Source: Rikenellaceae bacterium
Lineage (GTDB): Bacteria; Bacteroidota; Bacteroidia; Bacteroidales; Rikenellaceae
Assembly (NCBI GenBank): GCA_017464745.1
Contig: JAFTYJ010000072.1
Location: 3,828 to 67,827, forward strand
Reading direction: 5' to 3'
DNA length: 64,000 nt
Shown here: in pieces, positions 55,929-64,000 of the stretch
How the letters are laid out: each line of letters opens with the position of its first letter
How positions within the stretch are numbered: position 1 is the stretch's first letter
Position numbers and translations under genes: made by a program
The notes under the pieces: model-generated
What the model saw: only the letters and a program-made list of their open reading frames with translations
The model's database searches: none
Told to the model about the DNA's origin: nothing

Positions 55929-57767
55929 ATGGATAATTTCGTTGTTTCGGCTCGCAAATATCGCCCCCAGACCTTCGCCTCGGTGGTGGGTCAAGGCAGC
56001 ATCACTTCAACCCTCAAAAACGCCATCGAACGTGGCCAATTGGCGGGTGCATACCTCTTTTGCGGACCGCGTGGCGTGGGTAAAACCACCTGCGCACGAA
56101 TCTTCGCAAAGGCTATCAACTGCCTGAACCCCAATGGCTCGGAGGCCTGCGGAGAGTGTGAGTCGTGCCGCGCTTTCAACGAAGGACGCAGTTTCAACAT
56201 CCACGAACTCGATGCCGCATCCAACAACTCCGTAAACGACATCCGAAACCTGACCGACCAGGTGAGAGTCCCACCCCAAATCGGACGTTACAGCGTCTAT
56301 ATCATCGACGAGGTACAGAAGCTGTCTTCGGCGGCATACAACGCCTTTCTGAAAACCTTGGAGGAGCCACCCTCGTATGCAATATTCATCTTGGCAACAA
56401 CCGAGAAACACAAAATTCTGCCCACCATTCTGTCGCGCTGCCAGATTTTTGACTTCAACCGCATCCGTGTCGAGGACGGCGTGGAGTATATGCGCTCGAT
56501 TGCTGCGGCCGAGGGTGTGACCTACGACGACGAGTCGCTCAACCTTATTGCAGCCAAAGCCGACGGCGGTATGCGCGATGCACTGTCGATGTTCGACAAA
56601 GCGGTGGCTTTCTGCGGTGCCAACCTCAACTATCGTGACGTTGCGGCCTCGCTCAATGTGTTGGACTACGAAACCTACTTCCGCGTGGTGGATATTGTGC
56701 GCTGTGGCGACTATGCCAAGGCGTTGCTGTTGTTTGACGAGATTCTGAGTCGCGGTTTCGGCGCCTCGGTGTTCCTGCAAGGCTTGGCGGCGCATATGCG
56801 CAGTCTGCTGGTGTGCAAACAACCCTCGACATCCCACCTGTTGGAGGTTACGGGTTCGGTGCGCGAGCACTATATGAATCAGGCCGAGTTGTGTGAGGTC
56901 GATTTTCTGTTTGAGGCCATACGCCTGCTTGCGGCGGTGGACGGACAACTCAAAACGTCGTCGAACCAACGCTTGGCGGTCGAACTTGCCCTGATGAAAC
57001 TCAGCGGTATGGGTCAAAAAAAAAACTCTGATGTAGAGGACGAGCCCTCGTTGCCCGAACTCACCAGAGGTAGTAATTCGACTGAAAATCAGCCTACTAC
57101 CCCCACCAAGAGCACTCCTGCACCCCCAAAGGCAGTAACGCCTACTCCTGCGGCGACTCAACCCACAGCATCACAACCCGTATCGACTGCGCCAACCGAG
57201 GTTGCAACTTCCGCGTCACGCCCCACAGCGGCCACTCCCGTATCTACCCCAACGGCACAAGAGAGTGCATCGGCACCCAAAGCGCCATCGGCATTGAGCG
57301 GTATGTCGGCAGGTTTGGGCGGCAGTTCGATTATGTCGCTGCTCAACCAGAAGCCCTCAGCCGCCGTCGAGAACGACACCAAACAATCGGACCAACCCAG
57401 CGGCATCGACCCCGAGAGCCAATCCAAAATCGAGCAGGTGCGCAACGCATTTATCAAAGCCCTGATGGACGAACGTCAGCGAATCGGCGTTGCATTCGAG
57501 GATATGACCGTAGTGGACAACAAGGTGTCAATCACGGTGGGAAGCAACGATTTACGTCAGGAAATTTTGCATTCGCAATACGAAATACTATCTTTGCTGG
57601 CTGAAATGGCGGGTGTTAGCGGCGTCATTGAGTTGGAGGTGAACGTCACCGCCGACAAACAACGAGCCGAGATACTCATCAAACCCGAGGACAAAATCCG
57701 ATACCTGAGCGAACACAACCCTCAATGGCTGTCGCTCCGCACGGTGCTCGACCTCGATATTGAATAA
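55929..57767 (+). CDS. dnaX: DNA polymerase III subunit tau/gamma
   Basis: GPRGVGKTT Walker A, DEVQKLS, SRCQ sensor, a zinc module CGECESC, and a P/T/A-rich linker before the C-terminal domain. Confidence 0.93.
   Translation: MDNFVVSARKYRPQTFASVVGQGSITSTLKNAIERGQLAGAYLFCGPRGVGKTTCARIFAKAINCLNPNGSEACGECESCRAFNEGRSFNIHELDAASNNSVNDIRNLTDQVRVPPQIGRYSVYIIDEVQKLSSAAYNAFLKTLEEPPSYAIFILATTEKHKILPTILSRCQIFDFNRIRVEDGVEYMRSIAAAEGVTYDDESLNLIAAKADGGMRDALSMFDKAVAFCGANLNYRDVAASLNVLDYETYFRVVDIVRCGDYAKALLLFDEILSRGFGASVFLQGLAAHMRSLLVCKQPSTSHLLEVTGSVREHYMNQAELCEVDFLFEAIRLLAAVDGQLKTSSNQRLAVELALMKLSGMGQKKNSDVEDEPSLPELTRGSNSTENQPTTPTKSTPAPPKAVTPTPAATQPTASQPVSTAPTEVATSASRPTAATPVSTPTAQESASAPKAPSALSGMSAGLGGSSIMSLLNQKPSAAVENDTKQSDQPSGIDPESQSKIEQVRNAFIKALMDERQRIGVAFEDMTVVDNKVSITVGSNDLRQEILHSQYEILSLLAEMAGVSGVIELEVNVTADKQRAEILIKPEDKIRYLSEHNPQWLSLRTVLDLDIE
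57016..57025 (+). other. A10 homopolymer inside dnaX at the domain III / tau-linker boundary (candidate slippage site)
   Basis: In frame 0 the sequence reads caa aaa aaa aac tct gat gta gag. The -1 frame hits TGA at 57029-57031. The +1 frame hits TAG at 57034-57036. Confidence 0.6.
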
Positions 57768-57801
57768 CAACCGATTATACATATTTATATAAATACAGAC
57801 G

Positions 57802-59091
57802 ATGGACTTTGTAAAGGAACTCGAATGGCGCGGGATGATTCACGACATTATGCCCGGTACCGCCGAACAACTCGAAAAAGAGATGACCACAGCATACGTG
57901 GGTATTGACCCCACAGCCGACTCGCTGCACATCGGCCACTTGGTCAGCATTATGATATTGAAACACTTCCAACGTTGCGGACACCGTCCCGTGGCTCTGG
58001 TGGGTGGAGCAACAGGTATGATTGGCGACCCCTCGGGCAAATCGGCCGAACGCAACCTGCTGGACGAGGCTACCCTCAACCACAACGTGGAGGCTATCAA
58101 AGCACAACTCCAAAAACTGCTGGATTTCAACTCGGATGCCCCCAACGCCGCTGTGTTGGTCAATAACTACGAGTGGATGAAAGATTTCTCGTTTTTGACC
58201 TTCATCCGTGATATTGGCAAGTGCATCACCGTCAACTATATGATGGCCAAAGATTCGGTTAAAAAACGTTTCAATGGCGAGGGCGACGGTATGTCGTTCA
58301 CCGAGTTCAGTTACCAACTGCTGCAAGGCTACGACTTTATGTATCTGTACGAGCATATGGGTTGCAAACTGCAACTCGGCGGCTCGGACCAATGGGGTAA
58401 CATCACCACCGGTACCGAGTTGATTCGTCGTAAGTTGGGTGGCGAGGCTTTTGCCCTGACTTGCCCGCTGGTTAAGAAGGCCGACGGCACCAAATTCGGT
58501 AAAACCGAGAGCGGTAACATCTGGCTCGACCCCCGCTACACTTCGCCCTACAAATTCTATCAATTCTGGCTCAATGTGAGCGACGAGGATGCCAAGAGTT
58601 ACATCCGCATCTTTACGATGCTCGACCGCCAGACCATCGAAACTCTGATTGCCGAGCACGAGGTATCGCCCGGTGAGCGCAAACTCCAAAAGGTGTTGGC
58701 TCGTGAGGTTACCTGTATGATTCACTCCGAGGAGGAGTGGCGCAAGGCTGTTGAGGCATCGAGTGTGCTGTTTGGTGGCGCAACCGCCGAGAGTTTGAAA
58801 TCGCTTGATGAGGCTACGGTGCTGGCTGTGTTCGAGGGTGTTCCCCAATTCGAGGTTTCGAAAGCCGATTTGGAGGCAGGTATTCCCTTTGTTGAGTTGT
58901 GTGTCGAGAAGGCTAAGGTGTTCCCCAGCAAGGGCGAGACCCGCAAACTGATTCAAGGTGGCGGTGTGTCGATGAACAAAACCAAGGTTGCCGACCCGAT
59001 GCAGAGCGTAACCGAGGCCGACCTGATTGCCGAGCGTTATGTGATTGTACAAAAGGGTAAGAAGAACTACTTCCTTATCAAATTCGTATAA
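57802..59091 (+). CDS. tyrS: Tyrosine--tRNA ligase
   Basis: HIGH motif (SLHIGHLV), KMSKS-type KFGKTE, and a C-terminal S4 domain. Confidence 0.95.
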   Translation: MDFVKELEWRGMIHDIMPGTAEQLEKEMTTAYVGIDPTADSLHIGHLVSIMILKHFQRCGHRPVALVGGATGMIGDPSGKSAERNLLDEATLNHNVEAIKAQLQKLLDFNSDAPNAAVLVNNYEWMKDFSFLTFIRDIGKCITVNYMMAKDSVKKRFNGEGDGMSFTEFSYQLLQGYDFMYLYEHMGCKLQLGGSDQWGNITTGTELIRRKLGGEAFALTCPLVKKADGTKFGKTESGNIWLDPRYTSPYKFYQFWLNVSDEDAKSYIRIFTMLDRQTIETLIAEHEVSPGERKLQKVLAREVTCMIHSEEEWRKAVEASSVLFGGATAESLKSLDEATVLAVFEGVPQFEVSKADLEAGIPFVELCVEKAKVFPSKGETRKLIQGGGVSMNKTKVADPMQSVTEADLIAERYVIVQKGKKNYFLIKFV

Positions 59092-59116
59092 TCCTACACG
59101 GAGTAAGTATAAAACG

Positions 59117-59152
59117 AAAGCCTATCCCACCTTTGGATAGGCTTTTATTTTT
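59117..59152 (+). terminator. Intrinsic terminator after tyrS
   Basis: aaagcctatcc / ggataggcttt forms an 11-bp stem, followed by ttatttttg. Confidence 0.8.
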
Positions 59153-59181
59153 GACCGATTGATTTTTTCGGCGCAAAAAGA

Positions 59182-59189
59182 TAACTTTG
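59182..59189 (+). promoter_or_regulatory. -7 promoter motif TAACTTTG
   Basis: Exact TAnnTTTG, 31 nt before ATG 59220. The TTG start in the ORF track lies inside this motif. Confidence 0.5.
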
Positions 59190-59219
59190 CGTAAAATTTA
59201 CAATAAACCTCTAACAACT

Positions 59220-60080
59220 ATGAAACGAATTATACTCAGCATAGTTGCCATATTGCTATTCGCTTCGGCAACTGCACAAACCTCCGACTCGGTAAAATTC
59301 TTCACTGCACCCCGTCAGGAGTTGAAACTTCCCAAGGGCGCCGAGGGATATACCATTGTAAAAACCGACCTCTTCGACTCGCATCAGACAATCTCGGTCA
59401 TCCGCTACTCACGAAGACTTTTCAACACCGTAATCGTTCAACCAGAGAAACTGACACATCTCTCGGTTACCGCCGAGGCTATGAATAGCGACTTTGGCGT
59501 AAATGCAGGCTATTGGAATATAAGCATCGCCAAACCTTCGACATTCCTTGTTCTCAACGGCGAGCAACTGTCGGTTACCGCCGACTTCGAGAAAGGACGC
59601 GTTGACGGCCTGCTGTGCATCGGCAAGAGGAAAATTGTTATAGACCCCTGCAAGGCCGGCGAAGAGCAGGCTTACACCAAGAAGTTCAAGAATATTTTGG
59701 CTTCGGGACCGGCACTTATTGATGAGGGCAAACCTATTGACCACAGTGCCCGCGCCAAAGACGCAAACGGAAAACCCAACTCTTTCTACGCACAGCGTCA
59801 CCCTCGCAGCGCAATTGGCACCGACAAAAAGGGCAATGTCTATATTGTGGTGGTGGATGGTCGCTCGAAAGGCAATGCCGAGGGTGTATCCATTGCCGAG
59901 TTTACAAAAATCTGCTCGTGGCTTGGTATGCGCGATGCCATCAACCTCGACGGAGGTGGCTCTTCCTCAATTTGGACCGCCGAGGAGGGTACCATAAGTT
60001 ATCCTAGCGACAACAGAAAATTTGACCACGCCGGCGAACGCCGAATATCGAGCTGCATTGTGGTCAAAAGCAAAAAATAG
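59220..60080 (+). CDS. Secreted phosphodiester glycosidase family protein (DUF2233, NAGPA-like)
   Basis: Signal peptide MKRIILSIVAILLFASATAQ. RSAIGTDKKGNVYIVVVDGRS...NLDGGGSS motif. Confidence 0.75.
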   Translation: MKRIILSIVAILLFASATAQTSDSVKFFTAPRQELKLPKGAEGYTIVKTDLFDSHQTISVIRYSRRLFNTVIVQPEKLTHLSVTAEAMNSDFGVNAGYWNISIAKPSTFLVLNGEQLSVTADFEKGRVDGLLCIGKRKIVIDPCKAGEEQAYTKKFKNILASGPALIDEGKPIDHSARAKDANGKPNSFYAQRHPRSAIGTDKKGNVYIVVVDGRSKGNAEGVSIAEFTKICSWLGMRDAINLDGGGSSSIWTAEEGTISYPSDNRKFDHAGERRISSCIVVKSKK

Positions 60081-60121
60081 ATTTTTAAATAGAGTTCCTT
60101 TATATAGTAAATAAAATAAAG

Positions 60122-60159
60122 CAAGGAGATTTTTGTGAAGCGTCACAAAAATCTCCTTG
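60122..60159. terminator. Bidirectional terminator (17-bp perfect stem) between convergent genes
   Basis: caaggagatttttgtga / tcacaaaaatctccttg with a 4-nt loop. Confidence 0.8.
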
Positions 60160-60181
60160 TCTAATTATAAGTGGGTTCCTA

Positions 60182-61462
60182 CTACCAAGCGAACAGAGGA
60201 TATTCGGCCATCATAGCATTAACCTCGGCACGAACGGCAGCGATATTGTCCTCGTTCTCGTGGTCGGCCAACACGCGGTCAATCAGTTCGACGATTTTGT
60301 CCATTTGTTCCTCTTTCAGACCACGGGTGGTGATTGCGGGAGCACCGAAACGCAGACCCGAAGTTTGGAAGGGCGAACGGCTATCGAAGGGGACCATATT
60401 TTTGTTGGTGGTGATGTCGGCAGCAACCAGCACACGCTCGGCAACCTTACCGGTCAGTTCGGGGAACTTGGTGCGCAGGTCAACCAGCACAAGGTGGTTG
60501 TCGGTACCGCCACTAACGATTTTGTAGCCACGTTTGATGAAGGCCTCGGCCATCGCGGCAGCGTTTTTCTTGACTTGGGTTTGGTACTCCTTGTACGAAG
60601 GCTCCAAAGCCTCGCCGAAAGCCACAGCCTTGGCAGCGATAACGTGTTCGAGCGGACCGCCTTGGATTCCGGGGAATACAGCCGAGTTCAACAGAGCCGA
60701 CATTTTCTTAACTTCGCCTTTGGGAGTGGTTTTGCCCCAGGGGTTGTCGAAGTCTTTGCCCATCAGGATGATACCGCCACGAGGGCCACGCAGTGTTTTG
60801 TGTGTTGTCGATGTCACGATGTGAGCATATTTGACGGGGTTGTCGAGCAGACCGGCAGCGATAAGACCTGCGGTGTGGGCCATATCCACCAACAGCAGCG
60901 CACCTACCTTGTCGGCAATCTCGCGCATACGTTTGTAGTCCCACTCGCGGCTGTACGCCGAAGCACCACCCACAATCAGTTTGGGTTTGCACTCCAAAGC
61001 CAACGCCTCCATAGCATCGTAGTCGATAGTACCGGTAGCCTCGTCGAGTTTGTAACCCACGGCGTTGAAGTACATACCCGACATATTCACGGGCGAACCG
61101 TGCGAGAGGTGACCACCGTGCGAGAGGTCAAGACCCATAAAGGTGTCGCCGGGATTCAGACAGGTAAAGAACACCGCCATATTTGCTTGTGCACCCGAGT
61201 GAGGTTGCACGTTGGCATACTCTGCATCGTAGAGTTTGCACAGGCGCTCGATAGCGAGTTTTTCGACTTTGTCCACCACTTCGCAACCGCCATAATAACG
61301 TGCTGCGGGATAACCTTCGGCATACTTATTGGTCAAAACCGAACCCATAGCGGCCATCACTTGGTCGCTCACAAAGTTCTCAGAAGCAATAAGTTCGATG
61401 CCCTTCATCTGACGACTGCGCTCCTCGGCAATCAGGTCAAAAATTTGTTTGTCTTGTGTCAT
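60182..61462 (-). CDS. glyA: Serine hydroxymethyltransferase
   Basis: Start taken at [25 protein letters not shown] and [12 protein letters not shown] (PLP lysine) motifs. Confidence 0.95.
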   Translation of the reverse strand: MTQDKQIFDLIAEERSRQMKGIELIASENFVSDQVMAAMGSVLTNKYAEGYPAARYYGGCEVVDKVEKLAIERLCKLYDAEYANVQPHSGAQANMAVFFTCLNPGDTFMGLDLSHGGHLSHGSPVNMSGMYFNAVGYKLDEATGTIDYDAMEALALECKPKLIVGGASAYSREWDYKRMREIADKVGALLLVDMAHTAGLIAAGLLDNPVKYAHIVTSTTHKTLRGPRGGIILMGKDFDNPWGKTTPKGEVKKMSALLNSAVFPGIQGGPLEHVIAAKAVAFGEALEPSYKEYQTQVKKNAAAMAEAFIKRGYKIVSGGTDNHLVLVDLRTKFPELTGKVAERVLVAADITTNKNMVPFDSRSPFQTSGLRFGAPAITTRGLKEEQMDKIVELIDRVLADHENEDNIAAVRAEVNAMMAEYPLFAW

Positions 61463-61522
61463 AATATGATGAGTTATTTTGTTTCGCACGGCTAAAATAG
61501 TAAAACTTTACAAAAAAAAGGG

Positions 61523-61530
61523 TATCTTTG
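61523..61530 (+). promoter_or_regulatory. -7 promoter motif TATCTTTG for fabG
   Basis: Exact TAnnTTTG, 29 nt before ATG 61559. Confidence 0.5.
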
Positions 61531-61558
61531 CAGCGATAATTTTTAATTTCTTCAAATT

Positions 61559-62305
61559 ATGGGACTATTATCAGGAAAAGTGGCTCTGATTACGGGAGCC
61601 GCACGCGGCATCGGTAAGGCAATCGCAATGCAATTTGCAGCCGAAGGTGCCGACATCGCATTCACCGACCTTGCTATCGACGAGAACGGCAAGGCCACAG
61701 AGAGAGAGATTGAGGCGTTGGGAGTGAAATGCAAGGGTTATGCCTCCAATGCAGCCGTATTCGACCAGGCTCACCAAACCGTCGAGGAGGTGATGGCTGA
61801 CTTCGGCCGAATTGATATTCTGGTCAATAACGCCGGTATCACACGCGACAAACTTATGATGCGTATGAGCGAGGGCGATTGGGACGCTGTGCTGACCGTC
61901 AACCTCAAATCGGCATTCAACTTCATCCACGCCGTAACCCCTATTATGGCACGCCAACGTGGTGGCAGCATCATCAATATGGCTTCGGTTGTGGGAGTGT
62001 CGGGCAACGCCGGCCAATGTAACTACTCGGCTTCGAAAGCGGGTATGATTGGTCTGGCCAAAAGTATCGCCAAGGAGATGGGTCCTCGCGGCATCCGCGC
62101 CAACGCCATCGCCCCCGGCTTTATCATCACCGATAGGACCAACGCCCTGAGCGAAGAGGTTCGCGCCGAGTGGGCCAAACAGATTCCTCTGCGCCGCGGC
62201 GGCACCCCCGAGGATGTTGCCAAGGTGGCTCTGTTTTTGGCCAGCGACCTGTCGCAATATGTTACAGGTCAAACTATTCACTGCTGTGGCGGTATGAATA
62301 TGTAA
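61559..62305 (+). CDS. fabG: 3-oxoacyl-[acyl-carrier-protein] reductase
   Basis: SDR motifs TGAARGIGKAIA, NNAGITRD, and YSASKAG. Confidence 0.9.
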   Translation: MGLLSGKVALITGAARGIGKAIAMQFAAEGADIAFTDLAIDENGKATEREIEALGVKCKGYASNAAVFDQAHQTVEEVMADFGRIDILVNNAGITRDKLMMRMSEGDWDAVLTVNLKSAFNFIHAVTPIMARQRGGSIINMASVVGVSGNAGQCNYSASKAGMIGLAKSIAKEMGPRGIRANAIAPGFIITDRTNALSEEVRAEWAKQIPLRRGGTPEDVAKVALFLASDLSQYVTGQTIHCCGGMNM

Positions 62306-62338
62306 TGCCTCGGCGACACACCGTTCGCCAATCAACCC

Positions 62339-62373
62339 AAAGCCTGTTTCGAACCCCGAAGCAGGCTTTTTTG
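62339..62373 (+). terminator. Intrinsic terminator after fabG
   Basis: aaagcctgtttcg / cgaagcaggcttt forms a 13-bp stem with one G-U pair, followed by a T-run. Confidence 0.75.
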
Positions 62374-62439
62374 TTGCGAATTAGGGCAGTAAAATGTCGG
62401 AAAATGCAAAAAATGTTAGATGTTTCGAAAAAAAATATT

Positions 62440-62447
62440 TAACTTTG
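62440..62447 (+). promoter_or_regulatory. -7 promoter motif TAACTTTG upstream of the terminal lipoprotein gene
   Basis: Exact TAnnTTTG, 114 nt before ATG 62561. Confidence 0.4.
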
Positions 62448-62560
62448 TCCGCTATCGCGTGTGTACGCGCCCGATTTGCGCACAAAAGAGCGACGAATCA
62501 AAAGTGTAAAACATAGCAAAAACAAACAACTTAATATTAATTTTTAACCATCACAAAACA

Positions 62561-64000
62561 ATGAAAAAACTTTCAATGATGTGGACGCTTTTGGCAGTAG
62601 TTCTGCTGAGCGTTGTAGGTTGTAAAAACACGGAGCCCGAGCCCGTGGCTAAACCTACCATCAGTGTAGCCGAGGCTGTTGTAAACGCCGAGACTATGAC
62701 TGCATCCGTAGAGGTTACCCCCTCGGCCAACGCCAACAGTTGGTCGTGGAAAGTCGACACCGCAGAGGCTGCCGGCGAGTACACCACCGTTACCGGTCAC
62801 GACAAAAAGACCATCGAGGTGGCTGTCGAGTACGACACCGAGTACACCTTTACCGCTTATGCAACCAACCTGGGTGGCAACAGCCAAGAGGTTAGCGTAA
62901 GTTTCCAAGGCCCCAAGGCCCCCGTTGTAGTTCCTCCCACCGCTGCCAGCATCGAGGTTGGCGAGGTTGAGGTTAATGCCGAGACTTTGAAGGCTGTGGT
63001 AACCGTTACTCCTTCGGAGAACACCGCAAAATGGTACTACGCTCTGAAAAGCGACGCTACCGAAGAGGAGCCTACCTACACCGAGGTTGAGGGCAACGAG
63101 GCTAAAACTCTGAGCCTGGACATCGAGCCCAACACCACTTACATTCTGATTGTTTACGCTGTAAACGAGGAGGGTGAGGCTTGCGAGAAAGCAACCACTA
63201 CCTTTGAGGGTCCTGCAAAAACCGACGAGGAACCCAGCGGCAATGGCGAACTGGTTAAACTTGAACTGAAAAACATCACCTCGTTGAGCGTTGACGCAGA
63301 CGTTCTCAAATACAAAGAGTGTGTGAAATATGTTGCAGGTGCAGTGTTCACCGAGGCTTACAACGAGAACCGCTTTATCACCGCTGCCAAAGGTTCGTTG
63401 AACCCCAACGAGAGCTACCCCTATGTTCAATACAACTCGGCTACCGTAAGCAAGGTTTGGACCGAGATGGACTTGGTTAAAGACGGTCTGACCACCAAAG
63501 AGGGTAACGCAGGTATTCCTATCATCTCGGGTATGTCGTACACCGTTGCTGTTTACGCCGAGGATGCTGAGGGTAACTCGAAAGTTTACACTCAAGAGTT
63601 CACCGCTCCCGCAGCCAAGATTGATGGCAATGTTGACCTCAAGATGAATATCGACGAAATCGGCATGACCGATGTTACCGCAACCTTCACCGCAAGCACC
63701 GACTGCCGCATCATTGCAGGTACTCGTTTGGCCACCAACAAACAAGATGGTGGTTTCGATGTAAACACTATGAGTGCAGACGAGGTTAAGGCTTTCTTGG
63801 TTGCAAATGCAGCTGCCGTTCCTCACATGTTCCAAGGCCAGGAGACCATCAAATTTGTTGATGACATGGTTATCGATACCGATTATATTGTATATGCAAT
63901 CGCCATCAAAGACGGCAAAATCGGTGATGTTGTATTTGAGAAATTCCACACCAAACGTCCCGAGCTGACCGGTAAAGGTGCTATCACCTCGGCTACTTTC
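62561..64000 (+). CDS. Large surface lipoprotein with tandem Ig/Fn3-like repeats, 5' 480 codons only (runs off window end); absent from the ORF track
   Basis: ATG 62561 gives MKKLSMMWTLLAVVLLSVVGCKNTE (lipobox). I translated all 480 codons by hand and found no stop. Two internal repeats: VNAETMTASVEVTPSAN... and VNAETLKAVVTVTPSEN... The 458-aa minus-strand ORF in the track is its antisense shadow. Confidence 0.8.
   Translation, partial: MKKLSMMWTLLAVVLLSVVGCKNTEPEPVAKPTISVAEAVVNAETMTASVEVTPSANANSWSWKVDTAEAAGEYTTVTGHDKKTIEVAVEYDTEYTFTAYATNLGGNSQEVSVSFQGPKAPVVVPPTAASIEVGEVEVNAETLKAVVTVTPSENTAKWYYALKSDATEEEPTYTEVEGNEAKTLSLDIEPNTTYILIVYAVNEEGEACEKATTTFEGPAKTDEEPSGNGELVKLELKNITSLSVDADVLKYKECVKYVAGAVFTEAYNENRFITAAKGSLNPNESYPYVQYNSATVSKVWTEMDLVKDGLTTKEGNAGIPIISGMSYTVAVYAEDAEGNSKVYTQEFTAPAAKIDGNVDLKMNIDEIGMTDVTATFTASTDCRIIAGTRLATNKQDGGFDVNTMSADEVKAFLVANAAAVPHMFQGQETIKFVDDMVIDTDYIVYAIAIKDGKIGDVVFEKFHTKRPELTGKGAITSATF

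Overview
This is a chromosomal core segment from a moderately GC-rich Bacteroidota (Bacteroidales-like) genome. The phylum call rests on four things. There is a SusC/SusD pair followed by lipobox lipoproteins. TAnnTTTG (-7) promoter motifs sit 20-110 nt upstream of many start codons. The leaders are A/C-rich and lack Shine-Dalgarno sequences. The dcw cluster has the Bacteroidetes gene order, without murF or ddl.

Layout:
- 1-14.4 kb, minus strand: one long SusC/SusD-led operon with no glycoside hydrolases. It carries BACON and leucine-rich-repeat lipoproteins, a subtilisin-like S8 protease and a DUF1573 gene that runs off the window edge.
- 14.8-23.1 kb: housekeeping genes (P-type ATPase, DUF2461, U32, polyprenyl synthase, ROK kinase, acyltransferase).
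- 23.2-27.2 kb: two tandem modules, each a conserved unannotated small acidic peptide followed by a fimbrillin-like lipoprotein. The second lipoprotein ends in a PI-PLC-X-like domain. This is the least explained part of the window.
- 27.3-36.2 kb: manA, yihY, kdsC, murB, tilS, holA, a perfect 9 x 7-nt microsatellite, and two poorly characterised genes.
- 36.3-52.2 kb: complete dcw cluster rsmH-ftsL-ftsI-murE-mraY-murD-ftsW-murG-murC-ftsQ-ftsA-ftsZ, with no mraZ.
- 52.2-64 kb: GldE-like CNNM protein, PPTase, MATE pump, a 440-nt gap with a candidate small RNA or attenuator, dnaX (with an A10 slippery run at the gamma/tau boundary), tyrS, a phosphodiester glycosidase, glyA, fabG, and a large repeat-containing lipoprotein that runs off the window end.

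I saw no rRNA, tRNA, CRISPR array, transposase, integrase or recognisable defence genes. All family assignments come from motifs read by eye, and no database search was possible.
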